The position numbers were made by a program, and so were the translations under genes. Shown one piece after another: positions 1-8,693 of a DNA stretch of 64,000 nt; position 1 is the stretch's first letter, and each line of letters starts with the position of its first letter. The stretch is taken from the NCBI GenBank assembly GCA_014727835.1, contig WJMT01000102.1, positions 660-64,659 of the forward strand, read 5' to 3'. Origin of the DNA: Candidatus Aminicenantes bacterium. GTDB lineage: Bacteria > Acidobacteriota > Aminicenantia > Aminicenantales > Aminicenantaceae. The notes beneath the pieces were generated by a model. That model was not told the origin of the DNA. It did not search any database and saw only the letters and a program-made list of their open reading frames with translations.

Positions 1-1071
1 AAATTAAAATCCGCAGAAAAGATCAAATGTGATTTGGAACTGTCTGAATGGGTCACAGATTTGGATTCTCAGGAAATGACTATCCATTATCAACTGGAAA
101 GCGCTTTGTTGGAAGGATATGATATCAGTTCCCTTCTTGATTCCAAACATAAGAGTTTCCCAGATTTGCTAACTGAATTGATCTCAATAAACAATCAAAT
201 GAACATGAATGCCAAAGGATTTTCTATGAATTTCTCCGGTCAGGGGGAACAGTCAGGAACGGTCGATTTTTTTCTGAAAAGCATGGAATCCTCTTTCCAA
301 GCAGAACCAGAACTGGTGACCGCATTTTTAAAAAAAGAGGATGTGGATGGGATTTTATCAGGACTTGTGGATAAAAAAGTGCCTTTAATCGATCTTGAAA
401 CCAGTTTTGAGGGAATGGATTTTGTGTTTGATTCTCCTGAAAAAAAATTAAAAGCAGGTTTTCAAGAGGGGGGATTTTCTTATTCTCTAGTGCCGTCCCA
501 GGATGAAGATGTTTTTGATTTTTCAAGCCGATGGAAGATGAAAGGCGTGACCACAGAAGGAATGCCTGAACAAATTGAAATTTTTTCCAGATTGAATGAA
601 TTGAACATTGAATTTTCCATAGACAGCCTATCTTCAGGATTTGTGAGGGCCTATTTTGATTTGATCAAAACAGCTCAATCCATGAAAAAGGCCAAGGATG
701 AGGAGGCTCAGCAGGAGATGATGATGAAAGGGCCAGTCCTGGCTAGTGAATTCATCAAGTCCAAGCCCGTGCTTAAAATTTCACTTTCTCCCCTAGATCA
801 TGATTTGGGAAAAATCGAAGCCCAGGGAGAGTTTCAGTTTGTACGGATGGGTCCTCCCACAGGAAAAGCAGAGGCGACCATACAGGATATGAGAGAGACG
901 GAACAAATCATTCGGAAAACTCTTGCTCCGGAGAGAGCCCAGGCTTTTATCAAATGGATCAAACAGATGTTCCAGGTTGATGACAGCGGACAGGGGAGAA
1001 TGGTCTTTGAACTCAAGAAAGAGGATCCGGCACACTTTTATCTGAACGGGGAACAACATCTCTTAAAATAG
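1..1071 (+). CDS. hypothetical protein, 5' end cut by window edge
   Basis: Frame 1 is open from nt 1, with no stop before the TTG at 34 that the ORF track uses as a start. Stop is TAG at 1069-1071. Protein-like composition, no family motif recognised. Confidence 0.6.
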   Translation, partial: KLKSAEKIKCDLELSEWVTDLDSQEMTIHYQLESALLEGYDISSLLDSKHKSFPDLLTELISINNQMNMNAKGFSMNFSGQGEQSGTVDFFLKSMESSFQAEPELVTAFLKKEDVDGILSGLVDKKVPLIDLETSFEGMDFVFDSPEKKLKAGFQEGGFSYSLVPSQDEDVFDFSSRWKMKGVTTEGMPEQIEIFSRLNELNIEFSIDSLSSGFVRAYFDLIKTAQSMKKAKDEEAQQEMMMKGPVLASEFIKSKPVLKISLSPLDHDLGKIEAQGEFQFVRMGPPTGKAEATIQDMRETEQIIRKTLAPERAQAFIKWIKQMFQVDDSGQGRMVFELKKEDPAHFYLNGEQHLLK

Positions 1072-1196
1072 GATCTTTCCCCAAACCGTATCAATTGAAA
1101 TGGAATCCAGTATTCGGCTGGATACAGAACTCCAAGCTTACGCTCACTTGCCCATGGATTCATATTGAGTTATATTATTCATAGAGGAGAGCAAAC

Positions 1197-2315
1197 ATGA
1201 AAGTATCAAGCTTTGTAGTGATTATATTTGTTCTGTTTTCAGCAGGGTGCATCATTTACGTTCCTTCTGATTTTGCGGATGATACCTATTATAGCTCATA
1301 TGGTTCAGACTGGGACATGAATCAGATTTATGATTACCTGTCTCCCCATGGATACTGGACCCGCATGGCACCTTATGGTTATGTTTGGGTTCCCACAGGA
1401 GTCCGCTATCACTGGCGTCCTTACACAGACGGACGCTGGGTGTGGTCAGATTATGGATGGATGTGGATATCCAATTACACGTGGGGATGGATTCCTTTTC
1501 ATTACGGACGCTGGGGGTATGACCAAGGATTCGGCTGGTTTTGGGTTCCTGGAGACATCTGGTCCCCGGCATGGGTTTCCTGGAGGTACAGCAGCCTTTA
1601 TATCGGCTGGGCTCCTATTCCGCCAGACCTTTCCTTTTCTCCCGGTATAGGAGTGATCTTTCGCGGGAGGACCATTCCTCACCGCTACTGGGTTTTTACT
1701 CAGGGCCGCTATTTCAATCAATACAACATCAACACCTATATCCTTCCTTATGAAAGAAACTTAACTATCATGAACATGACGGTTCAAAAAACTTCTCTTC
1801 AGATGCAGGACAACCGAGTTATCAATAAGGGATTGGATGTCAATTTTGTGGAAAAGGTCACCAAAAGCCGTATCCGCAAGTATGATGTGGTCAACAGCGG
1901 CCGAGCTGAGTCTGCTAAAATTGAGGGAGACCGCATCACTGTCTTCAATCCCAAGTTCTCGAAAGAGGAATCAGGACGTCCCGAGAAACTGCTGAATGAA
2001 CGGGAGGTCGAAGAGCGCGTGGAACGCCGGATAAACAGCCGGATAAGCGATTTGAAAGAAGCTGAGATCAAGAGACGGCAGAATCAAGAGATACAACGGA
2101 TTGAATCCACACAGCAAAAAGAAGTCATTGAGATGAGAAGGAAGATGGAACAAGAAGAAGCGGAAGTGCGGAGCAAAGCTCAAAAAGCACGCATCGAGAG
2201 AGAGTACAAACAAAAGATCAAAAAGCTGAAGGAAAGCCACACCAAGGAAAAAAAGAGTGTCAAACAAAGACACGAGACCGAGACAAAAAAGGTTAAAAAG
2301 AAAAAGAAAAAATAG
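1197..2315 (+). CDS. Trp/Tyr/Gly-rich repeat lipoprotein with a Lys/Glu-rich C-terminal tail
   Basis: GAGGAG lies 7 nt upstream of the ATG. Signal peptide plus lipobox: MKVSSFVVIIFVLFSAGC. Repeated W motifs: YGYVWVP, GRWVWSDYGWMWIS, WGWIPFHYGRWGY, GFGWFWVPG. C-terminal roughly 120 aa is E/K/R-rich and ends KKVKKKKKK. Confidence 0.75.
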   Translation: MKVSSFVVIIFVLFSAGCIIYVPSDFADDTYYSSYGSDWDMNQIYDYLSPHGYWTRMAPYGYVWVPTGVRYHWRPYTDGRWVWSDYGWMWISNYTWGWIPFHYGRWGYDQGFGWFWVPGDIWSPAWVSWRYSSLYIGWAPIPPDLSFSPGIGVIFRGRTIPHRYWVFTQGRYFNQYNINTYILPYERNLTIMNMTVQKTSLQMQDNRVINKGLDVNFVEKVTKSRIRKYDVVNSGRAESAKIEGDRITVFNPKFSKEESGRPEKLLNEREVEERVERRINSRISDLKEAEIKRRQNQEIQRIESTQQKEVIEMRRKMEQEEAEVRSKAQKARIEREYKQKIKKLKESHTKEKKSVKQRHETETKKVKKKKKK

Positions 2316-2687
2316 TCAAACTTCAAGTCTGTCAAAATTCTTCTTGGTGATGTCAGATTTCACAGAACCGGTATGTTCTGTTTCTGCAGGTTCAAACAAC
2401 AACAGCTTCACAGGCCCCTGTGGGACCACTCGATGTTCTGTACCTCTTGGGACAATATAAAATTCTCCTGGATTTACAGTCACCTTTTTTTCTTTTTCCA
2501 CAATGTCTAAGGTGCCTTTGATCACAAAAAACATCTCATCTTCATTATCATGAGTATGCCAGGGGACTTTGTCTCCTTGGCATTTCACCGCTAAGATATA
2601 TTGTCCGTTCAGCTCCCCGATGATTTTTGGCGAATAGGTATCATTAAACTTGTCAAAACTCTGGTTTATATTCACAACTTTTCCCAT
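2316..2687 (-). CDS. cupin-domain protein
   Basis: Two-motif cupin pattern (WHTHDNEDEMFFVIKG ... PRGTEHR). AGGAG lies 8 nt upstream of the ATG. The stop abuts the stop of the convergent gene, 2315/2316. Confidence 0.8.
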   Translation of the reverse strand: MGKVVNINQSFDKFNDTYSPKIIGELNGQYILAVKCQGDKVPWHTHDNEDEMFFVIKGTLDIVEKEKKVTVNPGEFYIVPRGTEHRVVPQGPVKLLLFEPAETEHTGSVKSDITKKNFDRLEV

Positions 2688-2703
2688 TGCCTAATCTCCT
2701 CTG

Positions 2704-2719
2704 ATGGTGTCTACACCAT
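2704..2719. promoter_or_regulatory. 16-bp inverted repeat ATGGTGT-CT-ACACCAT just upstream of the cupin gene (possible operator)
   Basis: Perfect 7-bp arms with a 2-nt spacer, 17 nt from the cupin start codon, in the divergent cupin/M48 intergenic region. Confidence 0.25.
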
Positions 2720-2820
2720 TTACTTTACATGAATTTCGTTAAAAAGGACATCGTGCAGATCTCCTGTATTTTTTATATCAAAATCCGGAGTCTTTTTTTC
2801 TGCTTTTTGTTTAAAAAAAA

Positions 2821-2849
2821 TTGAATATCCCTTATTTTTTTAATAGTAT
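2821..2849 (+). promoter_or_regulatory. sigma70-like promoter for the M48 gene
   Basis: TTGAAT (2821-2826), 17-nt spacer, TAGTAT (2844-2849). The ATG at 2869 is about 13 nt past the expected TSS. Confidence 0.35.
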
Positions 2850-2868
2850 TGATGTTGAATTATTCAAG

Positions 2869-4587
2869 ATGAAACCGAAAAGGAAATTCACTAAAGACTT
2901 TTATGAGATCCAGCGCCAACAATGGCAGAAAAGCCTTTTTTTGCTCCTGATCCTGTTTGTGTTCTATTTTTTTTTGGCAGGATTTGTGGCTTTTGTTTTT
3001 TTGGTCAGTATTGGGATGTTGGTGCCGGGATTCTCTCTTTTCACCGGAGGCACCTGGAATGATTTTTTGCTGGTAAACCTGATTGTTTCCCTGAGCATCG
3101 CCGCTTTCCACTTTTATGATGCCCGTTATCACGGGGCTCGGTTTATTCGAAAAAGGCTTTCGGCTGAATCCCCGGATACAGATGATGTCTATCACAAAAG
3201 GTTCATCAACACTGTGGATGAAATGCGGATTGCAGCAGGACTTCCAAAGGTCACTCCTTATATCATATCTGCTTTTGCCATCAATTCCATGGCTCTTATG
3301 GAAGCGGATAAGAGTCCCAGCATCATTGTCACAGAAGGGCTTCTGGCTGAATTCACCAGAGAGGAACTCCAAGCTGTGATTGCCCATGAACTGGCACACA
3401 TCATCCGGGGGGATACTTTTTACATCACGCTGGTGTGCTCTTTGGCGAATTCTTTTGAGCGTCTGCGTCAAATGTCTGAACCGCAGGAGGCAACCCAGGG
3501 CCAGATCGGAGAGGTTCAGGAATCTGCAGGAGGGAACCCTTTGGTTTATGCGGCGACTTCTATCTCCTCTGTTTTAATGCATCTATTAAGCACTCTCATC
3601 AGCCGGCAGAGAGAACTCATGGCTGATGCCACAGCTGTTGAGCTCAACCGGAATCCTTCGGCCTTAGCACGTGCTGTGTATAAGGCCCATGTGAGCAATT
3701 CATTTATCGGAGACTTTAGTCTTTCCTACAGCCCTCTTTTTATTGTGCCTCCCCGGTCAAAAAACATCTCTGATGGTTTGCTCAGCCGGATCTTTAATTC
3801 CCATCCTCCGCTCATGAAAAGAGTCCGGCATCTGGCAGAAATGGTCCCGGCATCCCCGAAAAAAATCATTGATGATGTCTTGGAAATCCGCAAAAAAAGG
3901 GAAAAGGCCAGGTTTGTTCTCCATTCCAAGGAAGAAACAACCACAGGAGAGAAAAAAGCTGTGGATTCACGAGATGCTGTTCAGCCCAAAGAAGAGGGCG
4001 TCTGGTGTGTCCGTAATCCTAAAGGCAAGTGGATAGGGCCTTTCACTCTGGAAAAACTTCTGTCTCTGCGTTTTTTCACTTCACGAATCTGGACCAAAAA
4101 CATTCAGGAGGGAATCGAGGCAACAGCCGGAGAGTTTCCTCAAATCCGCACAGGACTCCGAAATCTCTACCAAAAAAAACCGGTCAATCCCAAAAGATAC
4201 AACAAATGTCCCCGCTGCCGGACTTTGCTTATTGACATTTTTTATGAAGGAGTGGCCATAAAGTCATGCCCTTCATGTGGGGGCAAGCTTGTGGACTCGG
4301 CTCTCATCGGCCGGATCATTGCTCGGAGAGAAGTGGCTTTCTCTGATTATCTGGTCGAAAAAGCGGCTGGTTTTAGAGAGAATTTTTTAGAGAATCCGGC
4401 GGGCATGAGGAAGATCAACAAGGAAAAGTCTCAGGACATCTATTGTCCTCTTTGCGGCTCGAGAATGCAGCCCAGACCCTTCACCTATCATTATATAGTC
4501 CCTATAAACAAATGTTTTTGGTGCCATAAGACATGGTTTGACACGGATGAGCTGGAAGTCCTGCAGCTTCTGATTGAACTGCGCTGA
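2869..4587 (+). CDS. membrane M48-family Zn-metalloprotease fused to a GYF_2-like domain and two zinc-ribbon (zf-TFIIB-like) domains
   Basis: N-terminal hydrophobic helices; HEXXH motif HELAHIIRGD. GYF-like segment: WCVRNPKGKWIGPFTLEKLL...TKNIQEGIEATAGEFPQI. Two CxxC...CxxC units: CPRCRTLL..CPSCGGKLVD and CPLCGSRM..CFWCHKTWFDTDELE. Start moved from the track's TTG at 2821 to the ATG at 2869, because that TTG is the -35 box of a plausible promoter. Confidence 0.85.
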   Translation: MKPKRKFTKDFYEIQRQQWQKSLFLLLILFVFYFFLAGFVAFVFLVSIGMLVPGFSLFTGGTWNDFLLVNLIVSLSIAAFHFYDARYHGARFIRKRLSAESPDTDDVYHKRFINTVDEMRIAAGLPKVTPYIISAFAINSMALMEADKSPSIIVTEGLLAEFTREELQAVIAHELAHIIRGDTFYITLVCSLANSFERLRQMSEPQEATQGQIGEVQESAGGNPLVYAATSISSVLMHLLSTLISRQRELMADATAVELNRNPSALARAVYKAHVSNSFIGDFSLSYSPLFIVPPRSKNISDGLLSRIFNSHPPLMKRVRHLAEMVPASPKKIIDDVLEIRKKREKARFVLHSKEETTTGEKKAVDSRDAVQPKEEGVWCVRNPKGKWIGPFTLEKLLSLRFFTSRIWTKNIQEGIEATAGEFPQIRTGLRNLYQKKPVNPKRYNKCPRCRTLLIDIFYEGVAIKSCPSCGGKLVDSALIGRIIARREVAFSDYLVEKAAGFRENFLENPAGMRKINKEKSQDIYCPLCGSRMQPRPFTYHYIVPINKCFWCHKTWFDTDELEVLQLLIELR

Positions 4588-4700
4588 ATTGTTGTACAAA
4601 GTCCTTGTCTTGTTTAGAAAAAGCTCCCCCAATTTGATGCAATAATCCGTCCAGTTTCTCGTCTATAGAAGTGAAAATGTTTTTTGAAAGGAGAACAAAG

Positions 4701-4901
4701 ATGTTCGAGAGATGCATGTTGAAAATGTTCAACCAAAGAGCCGGAGCCAAAGAAAGCAAGCCAGATGAGATCCTCAAACACCTCAACATTGAGTCAGGTG
4801 AAAGCATCGCGGATATCGGTTCCGGGGGCGGCTATTATACTTACCGGTTTGCCGAAAAAGCAGGAGAAGAGGGCCGTGTCTATGCTGTTAATCTCATTTG
4901 A
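4701..4901 (+). pseudogene. remnant (N-terminal about 66 aa) of a class I SAM-dependent methyltransferase
   Basis: AGGAG precedes the ATG at 4701. SAM-binding motif I plus post-I (IADIGSGGGYYTYRFAEKAGEEGRVYAVNLI) is followed immediately by TGA. None of the three downstream frames continues a methyltransferase fold. Confidence 0.5.
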
Positions 4902-5025
4902 GATAGGGAGACGCCCTTTTTTATTTCAAGGATATTTTTCAGAACAGTTTTCAAAACCCATAACACTTTGTTAAAATAGAGCTCTGAAATGAATGTGCGT
5001 TTTGGATTGTGGCGGAGACAAAGAC

Positions 5026-7716
5026 ATGTCTGATCATTCAGCAGACCAATGGTGGGCCCGTTCCTCTCAAGAGGCCCTCAAACAATTTGATGTCTCTCAG
5101 GAAAATGGGCTCAAAGCAGAGCAAGTCAAAAAAAGAAAAATAAAGTATGGGCTCAACCAGCTCAGAGAAACCAAAAAGAAGAGTGTATGGGTGATCTGGG
5201 CAAATCAGTTCAAGAGCCTCATTATCGGACTGCTGCTCGCAGCTGCAGTGCTGTCTTTTGCTTTTCATGAAATTGTGGAAGGGATCGCTATATCTGCTGT
5301 GATCATTATCAATGCGCTGATGGGCTTTTTTACAGAATGGAAAGCAGTCCGCTCCATGGAAGCACTGCAAAAATTAGGAGGAGTGACCGCAAGAGTCCGC
5401 CGTCACGGAGAGATACAGGAGATCCAGGCCGAAGAGATCGTGCCCGGTGACATTGTGATCGTAGAGGGGGGAGATGTGGTGACTGCGGATGTCCGTTTGT
5501 TTGAAGCTTCCAAGCTTCAAGCAGATGAATCCCCACTCACCGGTGAATCTGTTCCGGTGAGCAAAACCGTAGAACCTGTGAGCAAGGAAGCCACCTTAGC
5601 GGAAAGACCAAACATGCTCTTCAAAGGGACTGCTGTAACCAGAGGGTCAGGGGAAGGACTGGTAGTTAGCACAGGAATGGAGACAGAGTTGGGACAGATC
5701 TCAGCTCTGGTTGAAGAGGCCGGAGAAGAGACCACTCTGCTGGAAAAACAGCTCAACAAACTGGGACACAAACTGATCTGGATCACTCTCGCTATCGCAT
5801 TATTGGTCGCGGCCAGCGGCATCATGGCGGGGAAGGCCACCTTTTTGATGGTTGAGACAGCGATTGCTTTGGCTATTGCCGCCATTCCTGAAGGACTGCC
5901 CATAGTGGCGACCATTGCTCTGGCCAGGGGCATGTGGCGAATGGCTAAGAGAAATGCTTTGATCAACCGGCTTTCCGCAGTGGAAACACTGGGCTCCACC
6001 AACATCATTTTCACAGACAAGACCGGCACAATGACTGAGAACCGGATGACCTTGACTCAAATGGAATTGGAATCCGGAACTGTCAACATCAATGAACGAT
6101 TTTCCAAACAAGGAGAAAATATTGATCCCTCCGAAGATTCCCTTTTGAAACTGGCTTTGGAAACAGGACTGCTGTGCAACAATGCCTATCTTCCCGAAAA
6201 TAGGACATTTGATGAAGGCCAGGCTGTGGGAGAACCTCTGGAAATCGCCTTATTGGTGGCTGCAGCCAAGGCAGGACTTTCCAGGGATGACATTGTGGAG
6301 AATTTACCAGAAGAGCGGGAGGAAGCCTTTGATTCTGACGTGATGATGATGGCCACTTTTCACAAACAGGAACAAAAGTATCGAGTTGCAGTCAAAGGTG
6401 CGCCAGAAAAGGTCCTGGATGCCTGTTCTTCTATCCATACTCAGGATGGCCCTGTTGAAATGAAGAATGAGGCCTTTGAGCAGTGGGTAAAAAAGAACAA
6501 GAAAATGGCTGAAGAAGGACTTCGGGTTCTGGCTCTAGCCACCAAGACTGTTGACTCAGTAAAGACACCGCCATATCAAGACCTTGTTTTTGTGGGATTG
6601 GTGGGCATGCTGGACCCACCAAGGCCCCAAGTCTCTGAAGCGATCCTGTCTTGTAAAAAGGCTGGGATCAGGACCATTATGGTTACCGGAGATCAGGAAA
6701 TCACAGCCCGAAAGATTGGATTGGAAGTCGGATTAGTGAGCGAGGACAATGCCGAGGTAATTCATGGAAGAGAAATCCAGAGAATGGGAGAATTCAAGAG
6801 TGAAGAACAGATTCAGCCTCTACTTCAGGCATCCATTTTTGCCCGGATCAGTCCCAAGCAGAAGCTCGACCTGATTGATTTGTACCAAAAACAAGGAAAC
6901 ATTGTGGCCATGACAGGCGATGGAGTCAACGATGCCCCTGCTTTGAAAAAAGCGGATATTGGTGTGGCTATGGGAAAGAGAGGGACTCAAGTGGCCCGGG
7001 AAGCCTCGGACATGGTGCTCAAAGATGATGCCTTTTCCACTATTGTATCTGCTGTGGAACAGGGACGGGTCATTTTTAACAATATACGAAGGTTTGTGAT
7101 CTATCTCCTTTCCTGCAACATCAGTGAGATTTTAACAGTCTTTCTGGCTTCTATGGTGAATGCTCCTCTTCCCATTCTGCCTCTGCAGATATTGTTTCTG
7201 AATTTTGTGACAGATGTGTTTCCTGCACTGGCTCTGGGAGCCGGGGAAGGAGATCCTGATATCATGACTCATCCTCCCCGGGACTCAAAGGAACCCATCA
7301 TCACGCGCAGCAGATGGATTATGATAGGGGGATATGGATTCATGATCACGGCTTCAGTTCTCGGGGCGTTGGCTTTAGCCATGGTTTGTTTGGGTATGGC
7401 CCAAGAGCGCGCAGTGACCATTTCTTTTCTGACGCTTGCTTTTGCTCAACTGTGGCATGTTTTTAATATGAGGGACAGGGGTTCAAACTTTTTTGTCAAT
7501 GACATCACCCGCAACCTCTATGTTTGGGGGGCCTTGTTTCTGTGCGTGGCTCTTCTGATCATGGTGGTCTATATTCCTGTGCTGGCAGCGGTTTTAAAGC
7601 TGGTCGATCCTGGATTCAAAGGATGGGCCTTGGTCTTTGGGATGAGTTTACTGCCTTTTTTTATAGGGCAGATTTCCATTGCGGCCCCAAGCATAGAGAA
7701 GCAGAAATCAGGATGA
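5026..7716 (+). CDS. cation-transporting P-type ATPase (P2-type, Ca2+/Mg2+-like)
   Basis: DKTGTMT phosphorylation motif, PEGLP, TGDGVNDAPALKKADIG hinge, cation-ATPase N-terminal segment, about 10 TM helices. Start taken at ATG 5026 (MSDHSADQWW) with GGAGA upstream. Confidence 0.92.
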   Translation: MSDHSADQWWARSSQEALKQFDVSQENGLKAEQVKKRKIKYGLNQLRETKKKSVWVIWANQFKSLIIGLLLAAAVLSFAFHEIVEGIAISAVIIINALMGFFTEWKAVRSMEALQKLGGVTARVRRHGEIQEIQAEEIVPGDIVIVEGGDVVTADVRLFEASKLQADESPLTGESVPVSKTVEPVSKEATLAERPNMLFKGTAVTRGSGEGLVVSTGMETELGQISALVEEAGEETTLLEKQLNKLGHKLIWITLAIALLVAASGIMAGKATFLMVETAIALAIAAIPEGLPIVATIALARGMWRMAKRNALINRLSAVETLGSTNIIFTDKTGTMTENRMTLTQMELESGTVNINERFSKQGENIDPSEDSLLKLALETGLLCNNAYLPENRTFDEGQAVGEPLEIALLVAAAKAGLSRDDIVENLPEEREEAFDSDVMMMATFHKQEQKYRVAVKGAPEKVLDACSSIHTQDGPVEMKNEAFEQWVKKNKKMAEEGLRVLALATKTVDSVKTPPYQDLVFVGLVGMLDPPRPQVSEAILSCKKAGIRTIMVTGDQEITARKIGLEVGLVSEDNAEVIHGREIQRMGEFKSEEQIQPLLQASIFARISPKQKLDLIDLYQKQGNIVAMTGDGVNDAPALKKADIGVAMGKRGTQVAREASDMVLKDDAFSTIVSAVEQGRVIFNNIRRFVIYLLSCNISEILTVFLASMVNAPLPILPLQILFLNFVTDVFPALALGAGEGDPDIMTHPPRDSKEPIITRSRWIMIGGYGFMITASVLGALALAMVCLGMAQERAVTISFLTLAFAQLWHVFNMRDRGSNFFVNDITRNLYVWGALFLCVALLIMVVYIPVLAAVLKLVDPGFKGWALVFGMSLLPFFIGQISIAAPSIEKQKSG

Positions 7717-7734
7717 CAGAGAGAAAAATGGATC

Positions 7735-8547
7735 TCAAATGCCGAAATTTCTGAATTGGAGTCCCGTGTATTCCAGTTCCATTTCAATGTGTTCTTTGTT
7801 TTGATAAAGGTACAAGCAGATCATCGTTTCCCTGGTTTCCCAGCGAGTGGTCTGCAGAAGCTTTTGGGAATTTTCAGGGGGCTCTTTAAAATGTTTTTCC
7901 TCTTTGGGCTCTCCGTATTTTTGTGTCAGCGCCTTTTTTATAGAGATGAGGTCCTCAATGGATTGATTGTGGATTGGATATTTTTTAGAAAAGTCATATT
8001 TGGCTTTGACCAGACGGTCATGTGAAAAAGAATAGATCAAAAGGCACTCCATATCCAAAAGAGTTGATTCATAGGTTAGAGTGGATGACGGATGGTCTTT
8101 TTTTCTGCTCACAGGGCGGCCTTCTGTGAAAACAACTTGAGTCTGGTTCATCCCCCAACGGGTGTTTCTGAAATGGATCTGGCTCTGGTATGGATTTTTT
8201 TGGGGCCTTTCCTCATCAATGTGCAGGACTTTGGTCACCCGGAACAGTTTATTGACTGATGAATCGAGTATGTACCCAGAGGATGTAAAATCTGAATTTG
8301 CCGCACTGAAATAGATATAATACCAGTTTTTTTTGATCTTAATGGAGGAAGCCAAAGCCACGACATCTCCCTTTTTCAGCAATCCGATAGTGGAACTGTT
8401 TACGTCGGGCTTCAGATAGACATGAGCTTTTTCAGCTGTAATTTCAAGTTTCTTTTCGTAGGCGCTGAAAAGAGACAGAACACAAACAAATAATGACAAG
8501 GACAAGATGATGCCTCTGAGTCGTCCTTTTGCTGATCGATTCATCAT
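7735..8547 (-). CDS. secreted hypothetical protein with an SH3b-like N-terminal domain
   Basis: Signal peptide RGIILSLSLFVCVLSLFSA. SH3b-like segment AHVYLKPDVNSSTIGLLKKGDVVALAS. The rest is unrecognised. Confidence 0.6.
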   Translation of the reverse strand: MMNRSAKGRLRGIILSLSLFVCVLSLFSAYEKKLEITAEKAHVYLKPDVNSSTIGLLKKGDVVALASSIKIKKNWYYIYFSAANSDFTSSGYILDSSVNKLFRVTKVLHIDEERPQKNPYQSQIHFRNTRWGMNQTQVVFTEGRPVSRKKDHPSSTLTYESTLLDMECLLIYSFSHDRLVKAKYDFSKKYPIHNQSIEDLISIKKALTQKYGEPKEEKHFKEPPENSQKLLQTTRWETRETMICLYLYQNKEHIEMELEYTGLQFRNFGI

Positions 8548-8693
8548 GGGTTCACACCTTTTATTATCTTAAACGAAATTCACAAAAGAACAATCCCCAT
8601 TAGTGATGATTTTATTGGCAATAATATCCCCTTTAAAGGTGATATACAGATGTGAATCTCACCTTTTATTGTGAGCGGCCCTGTGGCTAGGGA

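Noticed and set aside
1105-1123. Hairpin ATCCAG-N7-CTGGAT after the first gene, as a possible terminator
   Set aside because: The stem is only 6 bp and no U-tract follows, so it is not distinguishable from chance.
2821-2868. TTG start at 2821 for the M48 gene, as used in the ORF track
   Set aside because: The TTG is part of a TTGAAT-N17-TAGTAT promoter-like element. The ATG at 2869 gives a typical basic N-terminus followed by TM helices.
5517-6111. 170-aa and 103-aa minus-strand ORFs inside the P-type ATPase gene
   Set aside because: They are antisense to the DKTGT-containing region of an unambiguous ATPase, and the sequences look like junk.
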